A DNA stretch of 64,000 bases from Methanobrevibacter sp. (GCF_045112895.1 NZ_JBGUIH010000002.1:2909-66908), one strand, 5' to 3'. Positions 36,163 through 45,910 are shown, counted from the stretch's first letter. Numbers and translations: made by a program. The notes: generated by a model not told the origin, from the sequence alone.

Positions 36163-36296
36163 TCAGTTATTGGCGATTTCTTCAGGCATTTCTCCAGACT
36201 TTAACAAATTAACTATTATTTTTTCTATACCTGCTCGATACCTTCATCTTTACCATCTTTATACTTGTTTTCACCATATTCAAGAATTAGACTCAT
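36163..36296 (-). pseudogene. possible remnant of the 3' end of an Rpn-family (PD-(D/E)XK putative transposase) gene
   Basis: Own translation gives MSLILEYGENKYKDGKDEGIEQV*. After a 1-nt frame change it continues GIEKIIVNLLKSGEMPEEIANN*. Joined, ...EGIEQGIEK..NLLKSG...EEIA resembles the repetitive C-terminal tail of Rpn/YhgA-like proteins. No N-terminal nuclease part is present. Confidence 0.3.
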
Positions 36297-36484
36297 TCTA
36301 CCACCCAACAAATCACAAATATGGATAAATATATTAAAAATAGACTATAATAACCTTTATATTCAAATCAAAGCATGTAATTTAAATAATTTGGTTTTTT
36401 CGAGTAAATTTTATAAAATGAGAGCAATAAAACTAAATGAAAGCAATTTTATAAAAATTAAAAAAAATAAGTAAAGAAAAATAG

Positions 36485-36763
36485 CTAGAACTCTTTTAAC
36501 ATTTTAGCTATATCTTCTCTTGAATAACCTAAGCGGACAAATAGGCTTTTAATTGGTTCACTATCTGGAATAGTGCCTAATTCCTTCCAACTTTTAAAAT
36601 CATTTTTCATTATACTGTTGATTAAAAGCTGAATAGTAATCAAATCATCACTTTTAATTGCTATAAATGCATCTACATCTCCAAATACATTTTCAGGATC
36701 AATCAAGGATATTTTTCCATCCTTATCTTTTTTTATAATAGCATTGTCAATTTTGTAAGCCAT
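36485..36763 (-). CDS. hypothetical protein
   Basis: 92-aa ORF downstream of iorB. I recognise no family. Confidence 0.45.
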   Translation of the reverse strand: MAYKIDNAIIKKDKDGKISLIDPENVFGDVDAFIAIKSDDLITIQLLINSIMKNDFKSWKELGTIPDSEPIKSLFVRLGYSREDIAKMLKEF

Positions 36764-36817
36764 AATACCACACTTTTATTATCTAATTAAATTTTTAGTT
36801 TAAATAGTATTTAAAAT

Positions 36818-37402
36818 TTAACCTTTGATGGATTTGTATCCACTCTCTATTGCTTTTAAATTCATGTCGTGGAATTTAGGTTTTAGATTATTTTTCATTG
36901 CATCAATGACTGATTCCTTTGTTAGCGGGAATTTGTCATCGGCAGTGACAGCACCTAAAAGAACCATATTCAAAGATAAAACGCTTCCAGCATCAATAGC
37001 CAGCTTTGTCCCATCAATCGGAAGAACATATTTGAAATTTTCCTTCAAGGTTTTGGTTATGCCATCTACACTTGGATAAGGTTTATTGGTTGAAGACGGT
37101 ATAATCGGATGAGTGTTATAGACAATCTTTGTATCGCTGTTTACCTTGTCAAGACCTCTTATTGTTTCAATCGGTTCAAAAGAAAGCAACATATCTGCAC
37201 CTTTTTTAGGAATGATAGATGAGTTGTATCCACCTATCTTTAACTCGGTTGATACGGATCCTCCCCTCTGAGACATACCATGAATTTCACTCATTACCAC
37301 ATCCAAACCCTGATTCATTGCAGCTTCGCCAATGATTGTTGAAGTCTTGATAATTCCCTGACCTCCAACACCGCAAATATAAATATTATAATGATTATCC
37401 AT
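36818..37402 (-). CDS. iorB: indolepyruvate:ferredoxin oxidoreductase subunit beta
   Basis: 194 aa. YNIYICGVGGQGIIKTSTIIGEAA is typical of the IorB/POR-gamma fold. Starts 4 nt after iorA. Confidence 0.9.
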   Translation of the reverse strand: MDNHYNIYICGVGGQGIIKTSTIIGEAAMNQGLDVVMSEIHGMSQRGGSVSTELKIGGYNSSIIPKKGADMLLSFEPIETIRGLDKVNSDTKIVYNTHPIIPSSTNKPYPSVDGITKTLKENFKYVLPIDGTKLAIDAGSVLSLNMVLLGAVTADDKFPLTKESVIDAMKNNLKPKFHDMNLKAIESGYKSIKG

Positions 37403-37406
37403 TTTC

Positions 37407-39299
37407 TCACCTACCTGCCTCTAAAGCGCCATATTTACAGACCTGAATACAAACATTGCATCCGTCGCATTGTGCTGCATCAACAGTGATTTTTCCATTG
37501 ATTTTTGAAATTGCAGGACATGCAAGTTCACTTACACATTTATCGCAATAGTTACAATTACCTTCAACAAAGTTAACTGGAGGCTTTTTAGTCAAGCCTT
37601 TGATTAAAGTACATGGGGCCTTTGATACGATGACTGCAGTATCATTTCTCTCAAATGCCTCTTTATAGGTTTTTACGACCTGGTCCAGGTTAAATGGATT
37701 GATTACACGCACATAATCACATCCGCAGGCAATGGCCAATTTGCGAATTGACACCTCAGGTGCCTCATCACCCATCCCATCAATCGGAATGCCCGGATTT
37801 GGCTGACCGCCAGTCATTGCAGTAATTCTGTTATCCAAAACAGTCAAGACAAAATTGTGTTTGTTGTGAACTGCATTGATCAATGGAGAAATACCGCTGT
37901 GGAAAAATGTGGAGTCCCCAATGAAGCTTGCTACCTTCTGGTCGGTTGAAACCGAAAATCCGCAGCCGTCCCCGACACTTGAACCCATTGACAGCAAGTA
38001 ATCGGCGGCATTGTAAGGAGGATTGATACCTAAAGTATAACATCCGATGTCTGATGCGAAAATCACATCTGAAGTTTTGAGGCCCAACTCTTCAATGGCC
38101 TTGTTTATTCCATAGTACATTGCTCTGTGAGGGCATCCTGCACATAGGACCGGAGCGCGGGACGGAATGTCTTCGCTTAATTTCTCTAAACTTTCAGAAA
38201 ATCCAATATTTTCATCATCCTTAAAGTTCAATATTTTATTAAATCCTTCTGCCACAACATCTGAATTGAATTCGTGATAAAGAGGGAATGTTCCATCTAA
38301 CTTACCATGTACGATAACATCAAGCTGCTTTGCGCCAATGCAAGCCAACACATCCCTTTCAATTATCGGATCGACTTCCTCAACTATGAATACTTCATCC
38401 AAATCTTTTAGAAATTCAGCCACCTTATCCTGTGGGAAAGGATATGAAAATCCTAATTTTAAAATATCAACATCCAACTCATTGAATTTGATAACATCAT
38501 GAGCATAATTATAGGCGCTGCTTGAAGCGATGGCGCCATATTTTTTATCACTTGAGAAATCAATTTCACAGTTGAAATCGCTTTTATTGGTTAATTCTTC
38601 CAATTTATGAATCTTATCCCATAACCTGACGTGCATATCCCCCGCAAATGCAGGAACCGGAACGTATTTTGATGGATCTTTATTGAAGTGACCTCTCTTC
38701 CAGTGATTATCATTATTTGATGAATTATCCTTAACATCTCCAAATTCGACAACTCCCCTCATGTGAGATACGCGAGTGGTTGTTCTGACAATTACCGGTA
38801 ATTTGAACTGTTCGGACAAATCAAATGCATATTTAACCATGTCCTTTACTTCCTGACAATTGGAAGGTTCTAAAACAGGCACATTTGCCAATCTTGCATA
38901 ATTACGGGTGTCCTGTTCATTTTGAGATGAAAATAAAGATGGGTCATCAGCAGACAAGATAACCATTCCCCCATTGACTCCGGAATATGCGGTTGTCATG
39001 AATGAATCGCTGGCTACATTCATGCCTACATGCTTCATGAATGTAAATGACCTGAGTCCTGAAGCGGCTGCAGTAGCTGCAACCTCCATTGCGACCTTTT
39101 CATTAGTAGAAAATTCAAAATAAATATTGGCATCCTTAGCCAATACTGATAATACATTTCCAATTTCTGATGAAGGAGTTCCTGGATATGTCGCTGCAAT
39201 AGAAACACCTGCCTCTATAACACCTCTTACAGCAGCTTCATTACCTAGCAAAAATTGTTTTTCACCAGACCCTCCTGTGACTAATTCTTTTAAATTCAT
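37407..39299 (-). CDS. iorA: indolepyruvate:ferredoxin oxidoreductase subunit alpha
   Basis: 630 aa. N-terminal LLGNEAAVRGVIEAGVSIAATYPGTPSSEI, TPP motif GDSTFFHSG, and C-terminal 2x[4Fe-4S] CDKCVSELACP / CDGCNVCIQVC. Confidence 0.9.
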   Translation of the reverse strand: MNLKELVTGGSGEKQFLLGNEAAVRGVIEAGVSIAATYPGTPSSEIGNVLSVLAKDANIYFEFSTNEKVAMEVAATAAASGLRSFTFMKHVGMNVASDSFMTTAYSGVNGGMVILSADDPSLFSSQNEQDTRNYARLANVPVLEPSNCQEVKDMVKYAFDLSEQFKLPVIVRTTTRVSHMRGVVEFGDVKDNSSNNDNHWKRGHFNKDPSKYVPVPAFAGDMHVRLWDKIHKLEELTNKSDFNCEIDFSSDKKYGAIASSSAYNYAHDVIKFNELDVDILKLGFSYPFPQDKVAEFLKDLDEVFIVEEVDPIIERDVLACIGAKQLDVIVHGKLDGTFPLYHEFNSDVVAEGFNKILNFKDDENIGFSESLEKLSEDIPSRAPVLCAGCPHRAMYYGINKAIEELGLKTSDVIFASDIGCYTLGINPPYNAADYLLSMGSSVGDGCGFSVSTDQKVASFIGDSTFFHSGISPLINAVHNKHNFVLTVLDNRITAMTGGQPNPGIPIDGMGDEAPEVSIRKLAIACGCDYVRVINPFNLDQVVKTYKEAFERNDTAVIVSKAPCTLIKGLTKKPPVNFVEGNCNYCDKCVSELACPAISKINGKITVDAAQCDGCNVCIQVCKYGALEAGR

Positions 39300-39407
39300 T
39301 ATATTTTCCTCAAAAATATCGTTAATAACAATATATTATATAGTACATCAATACTATAAATATTATAGTATAATATTTTACAAGCTTTTAAAGATAGAGG
39401 GATAAAA

Positions 39408-40883
39408 ATGATTAAAGTTTATGTTTCAAGATTTAATAGTGAAACAGATGCTGAACCGCATTTGGAGTGTTATGAAATTGAAAAGACACCCCATATGAAA
39501 GTTCTCGATGCCTTGCAAGCTATTAATGAGAAATACGATGCAGACATTAGTTTTAGAAGTTCCTGTAGAGCAGGCCAATGCGGATCCTGCGGAATTCTAT
39601 TCAAAGGAAATGGAGCTCTTGCATGCCAGAAAGAAATTGTGGATGGAGCGATAATTGAACCCCTCAAATTCCCGGTTATTAAAGATTTGATTGTTGACAA
39701 ATCAAGCATTGAAGCTAAAGTCAAAGATTTGGAACTATCTCTTCAATGTGACCATAAATGCGATGAACTTGACACAAGCATAACAAAAGAAGATTCAAAA
39801 GAAACCAAAAAAGTCAGAAGCTGTATTGAATGTTATTCCTGTCTCTCATCCTGTCCAGTTGTTAACATTGCAACTGAAGAATTTGGCGGGCCATACTTAA
39901 TGAGATATATCGATAAATTTGAAACCGACCCTAGAGATAAATTCGATAGGCTTAAAGAAGCTTTAGATGAAGGTTTGTATAACTGTACCAGTTGCGGCAA
40001 GTGCTTAGCAGTCTGTCCTAAAAACATCAATACATTTGGAGACGCAATAGAAAAAATGAGAGCTATTGCAGTTGCAAATGGTTCAGGGCCTCTTCCAGAG
40101 CATGTTGCATTTAAAGAAAATATCCTGGAAACCGGAAGGTCTGTTAAAACTGATAAGACTCCGTTTATTGAAGAGGCTGATAATTACACCGGCTCAAAAA
40201 TAGCTTTCTTTACAGGATGCATGATTGATTATAAATTCCCTGAACTTGGCCATAAGTTAGTCAAAATTCTAAAAGAAAATGGAATCGAAATCGACGTTCC
40301 GGAAGGCCAGGTCTGCTGCGGGTCTCCACTTTTAAGAACAGGACAAACCGATATTGTCCAGGAACTTGTTGATAAAAACAAGGAAGTCTTTAAAGACTAT
40401 GACACCATAATCACAATCTGTTCCGGTTGTGGAGCTACTTTAAAGAACAATCATCCTGAATTCGGTTCAAAATTACATGTAATGGACATCAGTGAATTCT
40501 TGGTCGATAAGCTTGATGAAAGCAAACTTAAAGAAGTCAAGATGACCGTCACATACCATGACCCTTGCCATTTGGGTAGAGGACAGGGAATTAAAGATGC
40601 ACCGAGAGACATTATCGAAAAGATTCCCGGCATTGAATTCAAAGAGATGTTGTATCCTTGCCAATGCTGCGGTGCCGGCGGCGGAATTAAATCTGGAAAA
40701 CCTGAAATTGCAATGGAACTGTCAAAAGCAAAAGCAGAAATGATTAAAGATACCGGTTCTGATGCAGTAATTACAATATGTCCATTTTGCCAGCTGAACT
40801 TGCAAGATGGTCTTGATGCAATTGGATGTGAAGATATAAAATGTATGCACATCCTGGAATTGTTAGATAAGGCTTATGAATAA
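39408..40883 (+). CDS. tfrB: thiol:fumarate reductase subunit B (SdhB-like Fe-S domain fused to HdrB-like CCG domains)
   Basis: 491 aa. N-terminal 2Fe-2S CRAGQCGSCG, ferredoxin-type CIECYSCLSSCP and CTSCGKCLAVCP, then two CCG motifs (GQVCCGSPL, PCQCCGAGGG). Confidence 0.8.
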   Translation: MIKVYVSRFNSETDAEPHLECYEIEKTPHMKVLDALQAINEKYDADISFRSSCRAGQCGSCGILFKGNGALACQKEIVDGAIIEPLKFPVIKDLIVDKSSIEAKVKDLELSLQCDHKCDELDTSITKEDSKETKKVRSCIECYSCLSSCPVVNIATEEFGGPYLMRYIDKFETDPRDKFDRLKEALDEGLYNCTSCGKCLAVCPKNINTFGDAIEKMRAIAVANGSGPLPEHVAFKENILETGRSVKTDKTPFIEEADNYTGSKIAFFTGCMIDYKFPELGHKLVKILKENGIEIDVPEGQVCCGSPLLRTGQTDIVQELVDKNKEVFKDYDTIITICSGCGATLKNNHPEFGSKLHVMDISEFLVDKLDESKLKEVKMTVTYHDPCHLGRGQGIKDAPRDIIEKIPGIEFKEMLYPCQCCGAGGGIKSGKPEIAMELSKAKAEMIKDTGSDAVITICPFCQLNLQDGLDAIGCEDIKCMHILELLDKAYE

Positions 40884-40894
40884 TTAAATAGGAG

Positions 40895-41803
40895 TTGATT
40901 AAAATAGGAGATGCTGCTGTAAGCGAAGAAAAAGTGGTTGAAACAACTACTATGACCGCGCCTGAAAAAAAAGAAGAAAGCAGCACAGAAAAGGAATCAA
41001 CTTCAACAAAAAAATCCAAAGCAAAGAAGCAGGCTAGAGGAACTGCCAGGTCTAAGATTGTAAGAGAACAGGAGCAAAATGAGATTAATCTCTTCAAAGA
41101 GAATATCTACATTGTTTTTGTTGAATGTGAAACTCCAGGAAACATAGGTTTTCTTGCAAGGACAATGGCTAACTTTGGGCTGAAAAATCTAGTGCTAATC
41201 AATCCTCCAACATTGACAAACGAAGCATTCTATCAGGCCACCCATGGGAAATACATTGTTGAAAATGCAAAAATATATCCTACATTAGATGATTTCTATC
41301 AATCCCAAAGGATTGATTTTAAGGTTGCTTCAACAGGAATGGCCGGAGGAAGCTATAACTTATCAAGAATTCCCCTAAGGCCGGAACAACTTGGTGAATC
41401 AATGAATGTTTCAAATAAAATTGCAATTCTATTTGGAAGAGAAGGTGACGGACTTACAAATAAGGAAATTGAGGACTGCGATATTTGCGTGTCAATACCG
41501 ACAGACCCCACTTACCCGATAATGAATATCTCGCATGCCGCTGCGATAATATTCTATGAAATGTTCAAAAATAAGCATGACTTTGGAGTTGAAGGCGTTA
41601 GTGAAAGCAGCGACTTAGAGAAAGATTATCTTATTAAGGATATGAATTCATTAATTGACTCACTGGATATTCCGGAACACAAAAAGAAAAACGGTAAAAA
41701 GACCTTTAGAAATATTATTTCAAGAGCATTCATTACAGGCAGAGAATCACATACCATGAAAGGTATTTTAAGAAGATTAAACAATAAAATTGGTGAACAA
41801 TGA
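40895..41803 (+). CDS. SPOUT (TrmH/TrmJ-type) RNA 2'-O-methyltransferase with K/E/S/T-rich N-terminal extension
   Basis: 302 aa. SPOUT core IVFVECETPGNIGFLARTMANFGL...ILFGREGDGL...SIPT...MNISHAAAIIFYE. Start uncertain: TTG 40895 with AGGAG SD, or internal ATG at codon 20. Confidence 0.75.
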   Translation: MIKIGDAAVSEEKVVETTTMTAPEKKEESSTEKESTSTKKSKAKKQARGTARSKIVREQEQNEINLFKENIYIVFVECETPGNIGFLARTMANFGLKNLVLINPPTLTNEAFYQATHGKYIVENAKIYPTLDDFYQSQRIDFKVASTGMAGGSYNLSRIPLRPEQLGESMNVSNKIAILFGREGDGLTNKEIEDCDICVSIPTDPTYPIMNISHAAAIIFYEMFKNKHDFGVEGVSESSDLEKDYLIKDMNSLIDSLDIPEHKKKNGKKTFRNIISRAFITGRESHTMKGILRRLNNKIGEQ

Positions 41804-42630
41804 GAAGACCTAGACTAGTAGATTTCAGCAGATTCATCCTTAAATACATCTTCAATTGGAGATTCAGGATAGCAGAATATACCAAAAAATCAAATATCTA
41901 TAAGAAAATAGTTGATACATTGTTATTCAAAGATGACGAAATCATCGTTATACCAAATACTATTAATATTAATAAAAAAATCGAATCTGAAGGCTCTGAA
42001 TTCCTGCCGACTGAAATAATTAAAGATGTTATAATACGCAGCAATGACATAGTCATAATGAACAGTTGCCTCTGCAGGACATCTAACAACTGTCAGGACT
42101 ACCCGCAGGATATCGGATGCATTTTCCTTGGTCCGACAACAAGAAAGATTCCAAAACATATCGGCCATAAAGCAACCGTTGAAGAAGCTTTAGCCCAAGT
42201 AGATAAGGCTGATGAAGCTGGATTAAGCCATATTATCGGAAGAAATAAAATCGATACCGTTTGGATGAATGTGCATCCTGGAAAAGGACTTCTGACAATT
42301 TGCCATTGCTGTCCATGTTGCTGCCTGTGGAAAGTTTATCCGAATTTGGATACTGACATTAGCGATAAATTAGAAAAACTTGATGGCGTTGAAGTCAAGC
42401 TTCATGAAGACAAATGCAAACTTTGTAAAAAGTGTTTAGATGAAGTCTGTATGTTTAAAGCCATCAGCTTAAAAGACAATAAGATTACTATTGATCATGA
42501 CATATGCAGGGGCTGCGGCCTTTGCGTCAATACTTGTAAATTTGATGCCATTACAATTGACTACACCGAAGAAACCATTGATAATGTAGTTAATAGAATG
42601 GATAATTTAATTGAAATAAAAGAGTTATAA
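41800..42630 (+). CDS. cysteine-rich Fe-S protein with C-terminal 2x[4Fe-4S] ferredoxin domain
   Basis: 276 aa. [17 protein letters not shown] (42301..42324), then [12 protein letters not shown] and [15 protein letters not shown] overlap with the upstream gene. Confidence 0.7.
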   Translation: MRRPRLVDFSRFILKYIFNWRFRIAEYTKKSNIYKKIVDTLLFKDDEIIVIPNTININKKIESEGSEFLPTEIIKDVIIRSNDIVIMNSCLCRTSNNCQDYPQDIGCIFLGPTTRKIPKHIGHKATVEEALAQVDKADEAGLSHIIGRNKIDTVWMNVHPGKGLLTICHCCPCCCLWKVYPNLDTDISDKLEKLDGVEVKLHEDKCKLCKKCLDEVCMFKAISLKDNKITIDHDICRGCGLCVNTCKFDAITIDYTEETIDNVVNRMDNLIEIKEL

Positions 42631-42648
42631 TACTATTTGCGTGAAAAA

Positions 42649-43233
42649 ATGGCAATTTTAAGTGATAAAACTATAAAAGAATATCTGAAAGAAGGCAAGA
42701 TTGGTTTTGAACCCCTTTTGGATGAAAAGCAAATACAACCATCTTCAGTAGATATGAGATTGGGAGATGAATTTAAGGTATTTAAAGTAATCAGAAAACC
42801 ATACATTGACCCGAAAGATGAAGAGGAAGTTGCATCTTACATGGAATCAACAACCGTTGAAGACGGCGATGCATTCATAATTCACCCAAATGAATTTGCC
42901 CTCGCTACAACTTTAGAGTATGTTAAAATACCGGATGATTTAGTTGCAAGGGTGGAAGGTCGTTCAAGTATGGGAAGGCTAGGCGTTACAATGCATGTTA
43001 CTGCAGGATTTATTGACCCTGGTTTTGAAGGAAAGATTACTTTAGAAATATCCAACATCGGCGCAATGCCTGTTGCATTATATCCTGGTCAGAGAGTATG
43101 CCAAATCGTATTTGAAACCATGACAACACCATCAGAAGTTCCCTACGGACATCCTGATAGAAACAGTAAGTATATGGGTCAAACTCGCCCTGAAAGCAGT
43201 AGAGTTAAATTAGACTATGAATTAAAAAAATAA
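42649..43233 (+). CDS. dcd: dCTP deaminase (dUTPase-superfamily)
   Basis: MAILSDKTIKEY...QPSSVDMRLG...VEGRSSMGRLG motifs. The track TTG at 42637 is probably an over-extension. Confidence 0.9.
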   Translation: MAILSDKTIKEYLKEGKIGFEPLLDEKQIQPSSVDMRLGDEFKVFKVIRKPYIDPKDEEEVASYMESTTVEDGDAFIIHPNEFALATTLEYVKIPDDLVARVEGRSSMGRLGVTMHVTAGFIDPGFEGKITLEISNIGAMPVALYPGQRVCQIVFETMTTPSEVPYGHPDRNSKYMGQTRPESSRVKLDYELKK

Positions 43234-43248
43234 GCGGAGTTAATATTT

Positions 43249-44943
43249 ATGAATCATGATAAAATGACCAACATCAGTGCAAAAAGAGGATTTTTATGGC
43301 CGTCCTTTGAGATCTACTCCGGAGTATCCGGTTTTACAGACTATGGTCCTCTTGGAGCAAGCCTAAAAAACAACATTATGCAGAAATGGAGAAAACAATA
43401 TGTTTCCGGTGAAGGATTTTATGAAATCGAAGGCCCGACCGTAATGCCTGAAGAAGTCCTGAAGGCATCAGGACATGTTGACAACTTCACAGACCCGATG
43501 TGCAAATGTGAAAAATGCGGAGAGGTATTTAGAGCAGACCACATTATTGAAGATGTTATCGGCGAAGATGTGGAAAGCCTTGAAAACGAAGAACTTGACC
43601 AAATCGTAATCGACAACAATATTGTCTGTCCGGAATGTGGAGGCAAGCTATCAAATATTTGGAATTACAACTTAATGTTTAAAACCTCAATTGGCGCTAA
43701 AGGAGATAAGGTAGGCTACATGAGGCCTGAAACCGCACAAGGAATATTCATCTTATTCAAACGTTTGGAAAGATTTTTCAGAGGAAAACTTCCATTTGGT
43801 GCAGTTCAACTTGGAAAAGCATACAGAAATGAAATTTCACCAAGACAAGGAGTCATTAGGCTCAGAGAATTCACTCAGGCAGAAGCTGAAATCTTTTTAA
43901 ACCCTAAAGATAAAACTCATCCTAAATTTTCACAAATTGAAGATGTGATTTTGCGCTTGAATTCACAGGAAGTTCAGGAAAATGACTTGGAACCTTTAGA
44001 GATAACTGCCCGTGAAGCGCTTGATAAGGGAATTGTAGCCAATGAAATGCTGATTTACCAGTTATATTTAGCCCGCAAATTCTTAACAGAAATTGGAATT
44101 CCAGAAGAGGTATTGAGATTCAGACAACACTTGGCAGGGGAAATGGCCCATTATGCACTTGACTGCTGGGATGTTGAAGTTAAAACCGACAAATACGGTT
44201 GGGTTGAAATTATCGGAATAGCAGATAGGGGAGATTACGATTTAACATCACACTCCCAGTACAGTAACGATGATTTGAATGTATTCATTGAGTACGATGA
44301 ACCTAAAAAAGTCCAAAAGACTATTGTTAAACCGAACTTGTCCAAATTCGGACCAATATTCAAAGGTGACTCACCTAAAGTAAAACAAGCCATTGAAGAT
44401 GCCGATATTGAAGAAATCAAAGCTGCAATAGAAAGTGAAGGCAAGTTTACTGTTGAGTTAGACAAAACCTATGAAGTAAGCGAAGACCTGCTCATCTTTG
44501 AAGATATCGAAGAGGAGATAACTGGTGAAAAAGTGGTGCCTCATGTCATTGAACCTTCATTCGGTATTGATCGTATCACATATTCTGTTTTATTGCACTC
44601 ATTTGCCGAAACCGAAGAGAAGGACTATTTCAAATTTGATAAGTCCGTAGCTCCAGTGCAGCTTGGAATATTCCCCCTTGTAAACAAAGAAGGCCCTCGT
44701 GAAATAGCTCAAGAATTAACAGAAAATCTAAGAATGGCAGGATTCACTGTTGAATATGATGCAACTGGAACTATCGGAAAGAGATATGCTAGAGCTGATG
44801 AGATTGGAATTCCTCTTGCAATAACAGTTGATTTCGATACATTAGATGACAATCAGGTAACTGTTAGGGATAGGGACACAGAAGCTCAAGAAAGAATTCC
44901 TATTGAAGAGCTGAATGACTATCTCGAAAAATATTATAAATGA
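43249..44943 (+). CDS. glyS: glycine--tRNA ligase (archaeal/eukaryotic alpha2 type)
   Basis: 564 aa. RGFLWPSFEIYSGVSGFTDYGPLG, class II motifs FRNEISPRQGVIRLREFTQAE, and a C-terminal anticodon-binding domain. Confidence 0.95.
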   Translation: MNHDKMTNISAKRGFLWPSFEIYSGVSGFTDYGPLGASLKNNIMQKWRKQYVSGEGFYEIEGPTVMPEEVLKASGHVDNFTDPMCKCEKCGEVFRADHIIEDVIGEDVESLENEELDQIVIDNNIVCPECGGKLSNIWNYNLMFKTSIGAKGDKVGYMRPETAQGIFILFKRLERFFRGKLPFGAVQLGKAYRNEISPRQGVIRLREFTQAEAEIFLNPKDKTHPKFSQIEDVILRLNSQEVQENDLEPLEITAREALDKGIVANEMLIYQLYLARKFLTEIGIPEEVLRFRQHLAGEMAHYALDCWDVEVKTDKYGWVEIIGIADRGDYDLTSHSQYSNDDLNVFIEYDEPKKVQKTIVKPNLSKFGPIFKGDSPKVKQAIEDADIEEIKAAIESEGKFTVELDKTYEVSEDLLIFEDIEEEITGEKVVPHVIEPSFGIDRITYSVLLHSFAETEEKDYFKFDKSVAPVQLGIFPLVNKEGPREIAQELTENLRMAGFTVEYDATGTIGKRYARADEIGIPLAITVDFDTLDDNQVTVRDRDTEAQERIPIEELNDYLEKYYK

Positions 44944-44956
44944 GTTTGAAACTCAT
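44940..44956. terminator. 17-nt palindrome containing both convergent stop codons (glyS and regulator)
   Basis: ATGAGTTTGAAACTCAT. The TGA of glyS (44941..44943) and the TGA of the minus-strand gene (44953..44955) form the two arms. T runs follow on both strands. Confidence 0.45.
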
Positions 44957-45729
44957 TTATTTTCATTTTTAAAATTTGCAAACAGATTATTCGCCCAGGC
45001 GATTGAATCCGAATCTTTAGATGTCAATAATCTGTTTTGATCAAAATAGCCATCATCCCTGAACAAACCTAAAATCACCACCTCATCCGTAACAATCAAT
45101 AAAAAGTTTTGTTCGCCTCCAAATGTGGTTAGGCTCTCAATTTTGGATTTTTCCTCAAAAATATCAAAAACGACTTCCGGCACTATTGCCTCAACTTTTT
45201 TCTTGTCCACAACCAAATCATTTAATTTTTCATTGAATATTTTATGATAAAACGGCAAAACACATTTTACTTCATTAGCACTGGTTAAAACATCTTCAAT
45301 GTAGTTATACATCTTATATACATCAATACTATCGGATTCTATGAGATTTGCCTTTCCAAGCAGATACAGCTCGGCAACTGATTTGTTCGGAATCATTTTC
45401 ACTAGATGTTTATCTAAGATATTGAAAAATTCATTTAACAAGTTTATGATGTTGTCGAGTTCTATAATCTCTTCAATTTTCAATTTTGTTGAATTGGATA
45501 AAAAATATTTATTCCTATATCTGTATACATGGTCTTTTAATTCCAAATAATGCATATTGCTTGATATTGAACTGTAACTTAACCCTGTACTGTCATTCAA
45601 GTCTTTCATGTTTAAAGGCTCCTCATATAGGATAGCCAATATCTTTAACCTTATCAATGAATTAGTCAAGTACTTAACTTCTTCTGAAATCGAATCATAG
45701 CTTTCTAAATAACTTTTGTTGTCTTCCAT
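44953..45729 (-). CDS. winged-HTH transcriptional regulator with DUF1724 (FilR1-like) C-terminal domain
   Basis: 258 aa. N-terminal SLIRLKILAILYEEPLNMKDLNDSTGLSYSSISSNMHYLELKDHV is an ArsR-like wHTH. Overall architecture is typical of methanogen DUF1724 regulators. Confidence 0.7.
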   Translation of the reverse strand: MEDNKSYLESYDSISEEVKYLTNSLIRLKILAILYEEPLNMKDLNDSTGLSYSSISSNMHYLELKDHVYRYRNKYFLSNSTKLKIEEIIELDNIINLLNEFFNILDKHLVKMIPNKSVAELYLLGKANLIESDSIDVYKMYNYIEDVLTSANEVKCVLPFYHKIFNEKLNDLVVDKKKVEAIVPEVVFDIFEEKSKIESLTTFGGEQNFLLIVTDEVVILGLFRDDGYFDQNRLLTSKDSDSIAWANNLFANFKNENK

Positions 45730-45910
45730 GTTATCACCAAGTAGTATTACTTACATCGTTATTTTTATTACTAAAAAATATAAAATCTATTGAAGTGAAC
45801 AAATGCGACAAGTAGCACTTGCAATAAATTTAAATGTAAAAAAACAATTCAGTAATTTTTTTAAAACAAGAGAAACAAAATAAGATTAACTAAACATTAT
45901 ATGTGATAAT

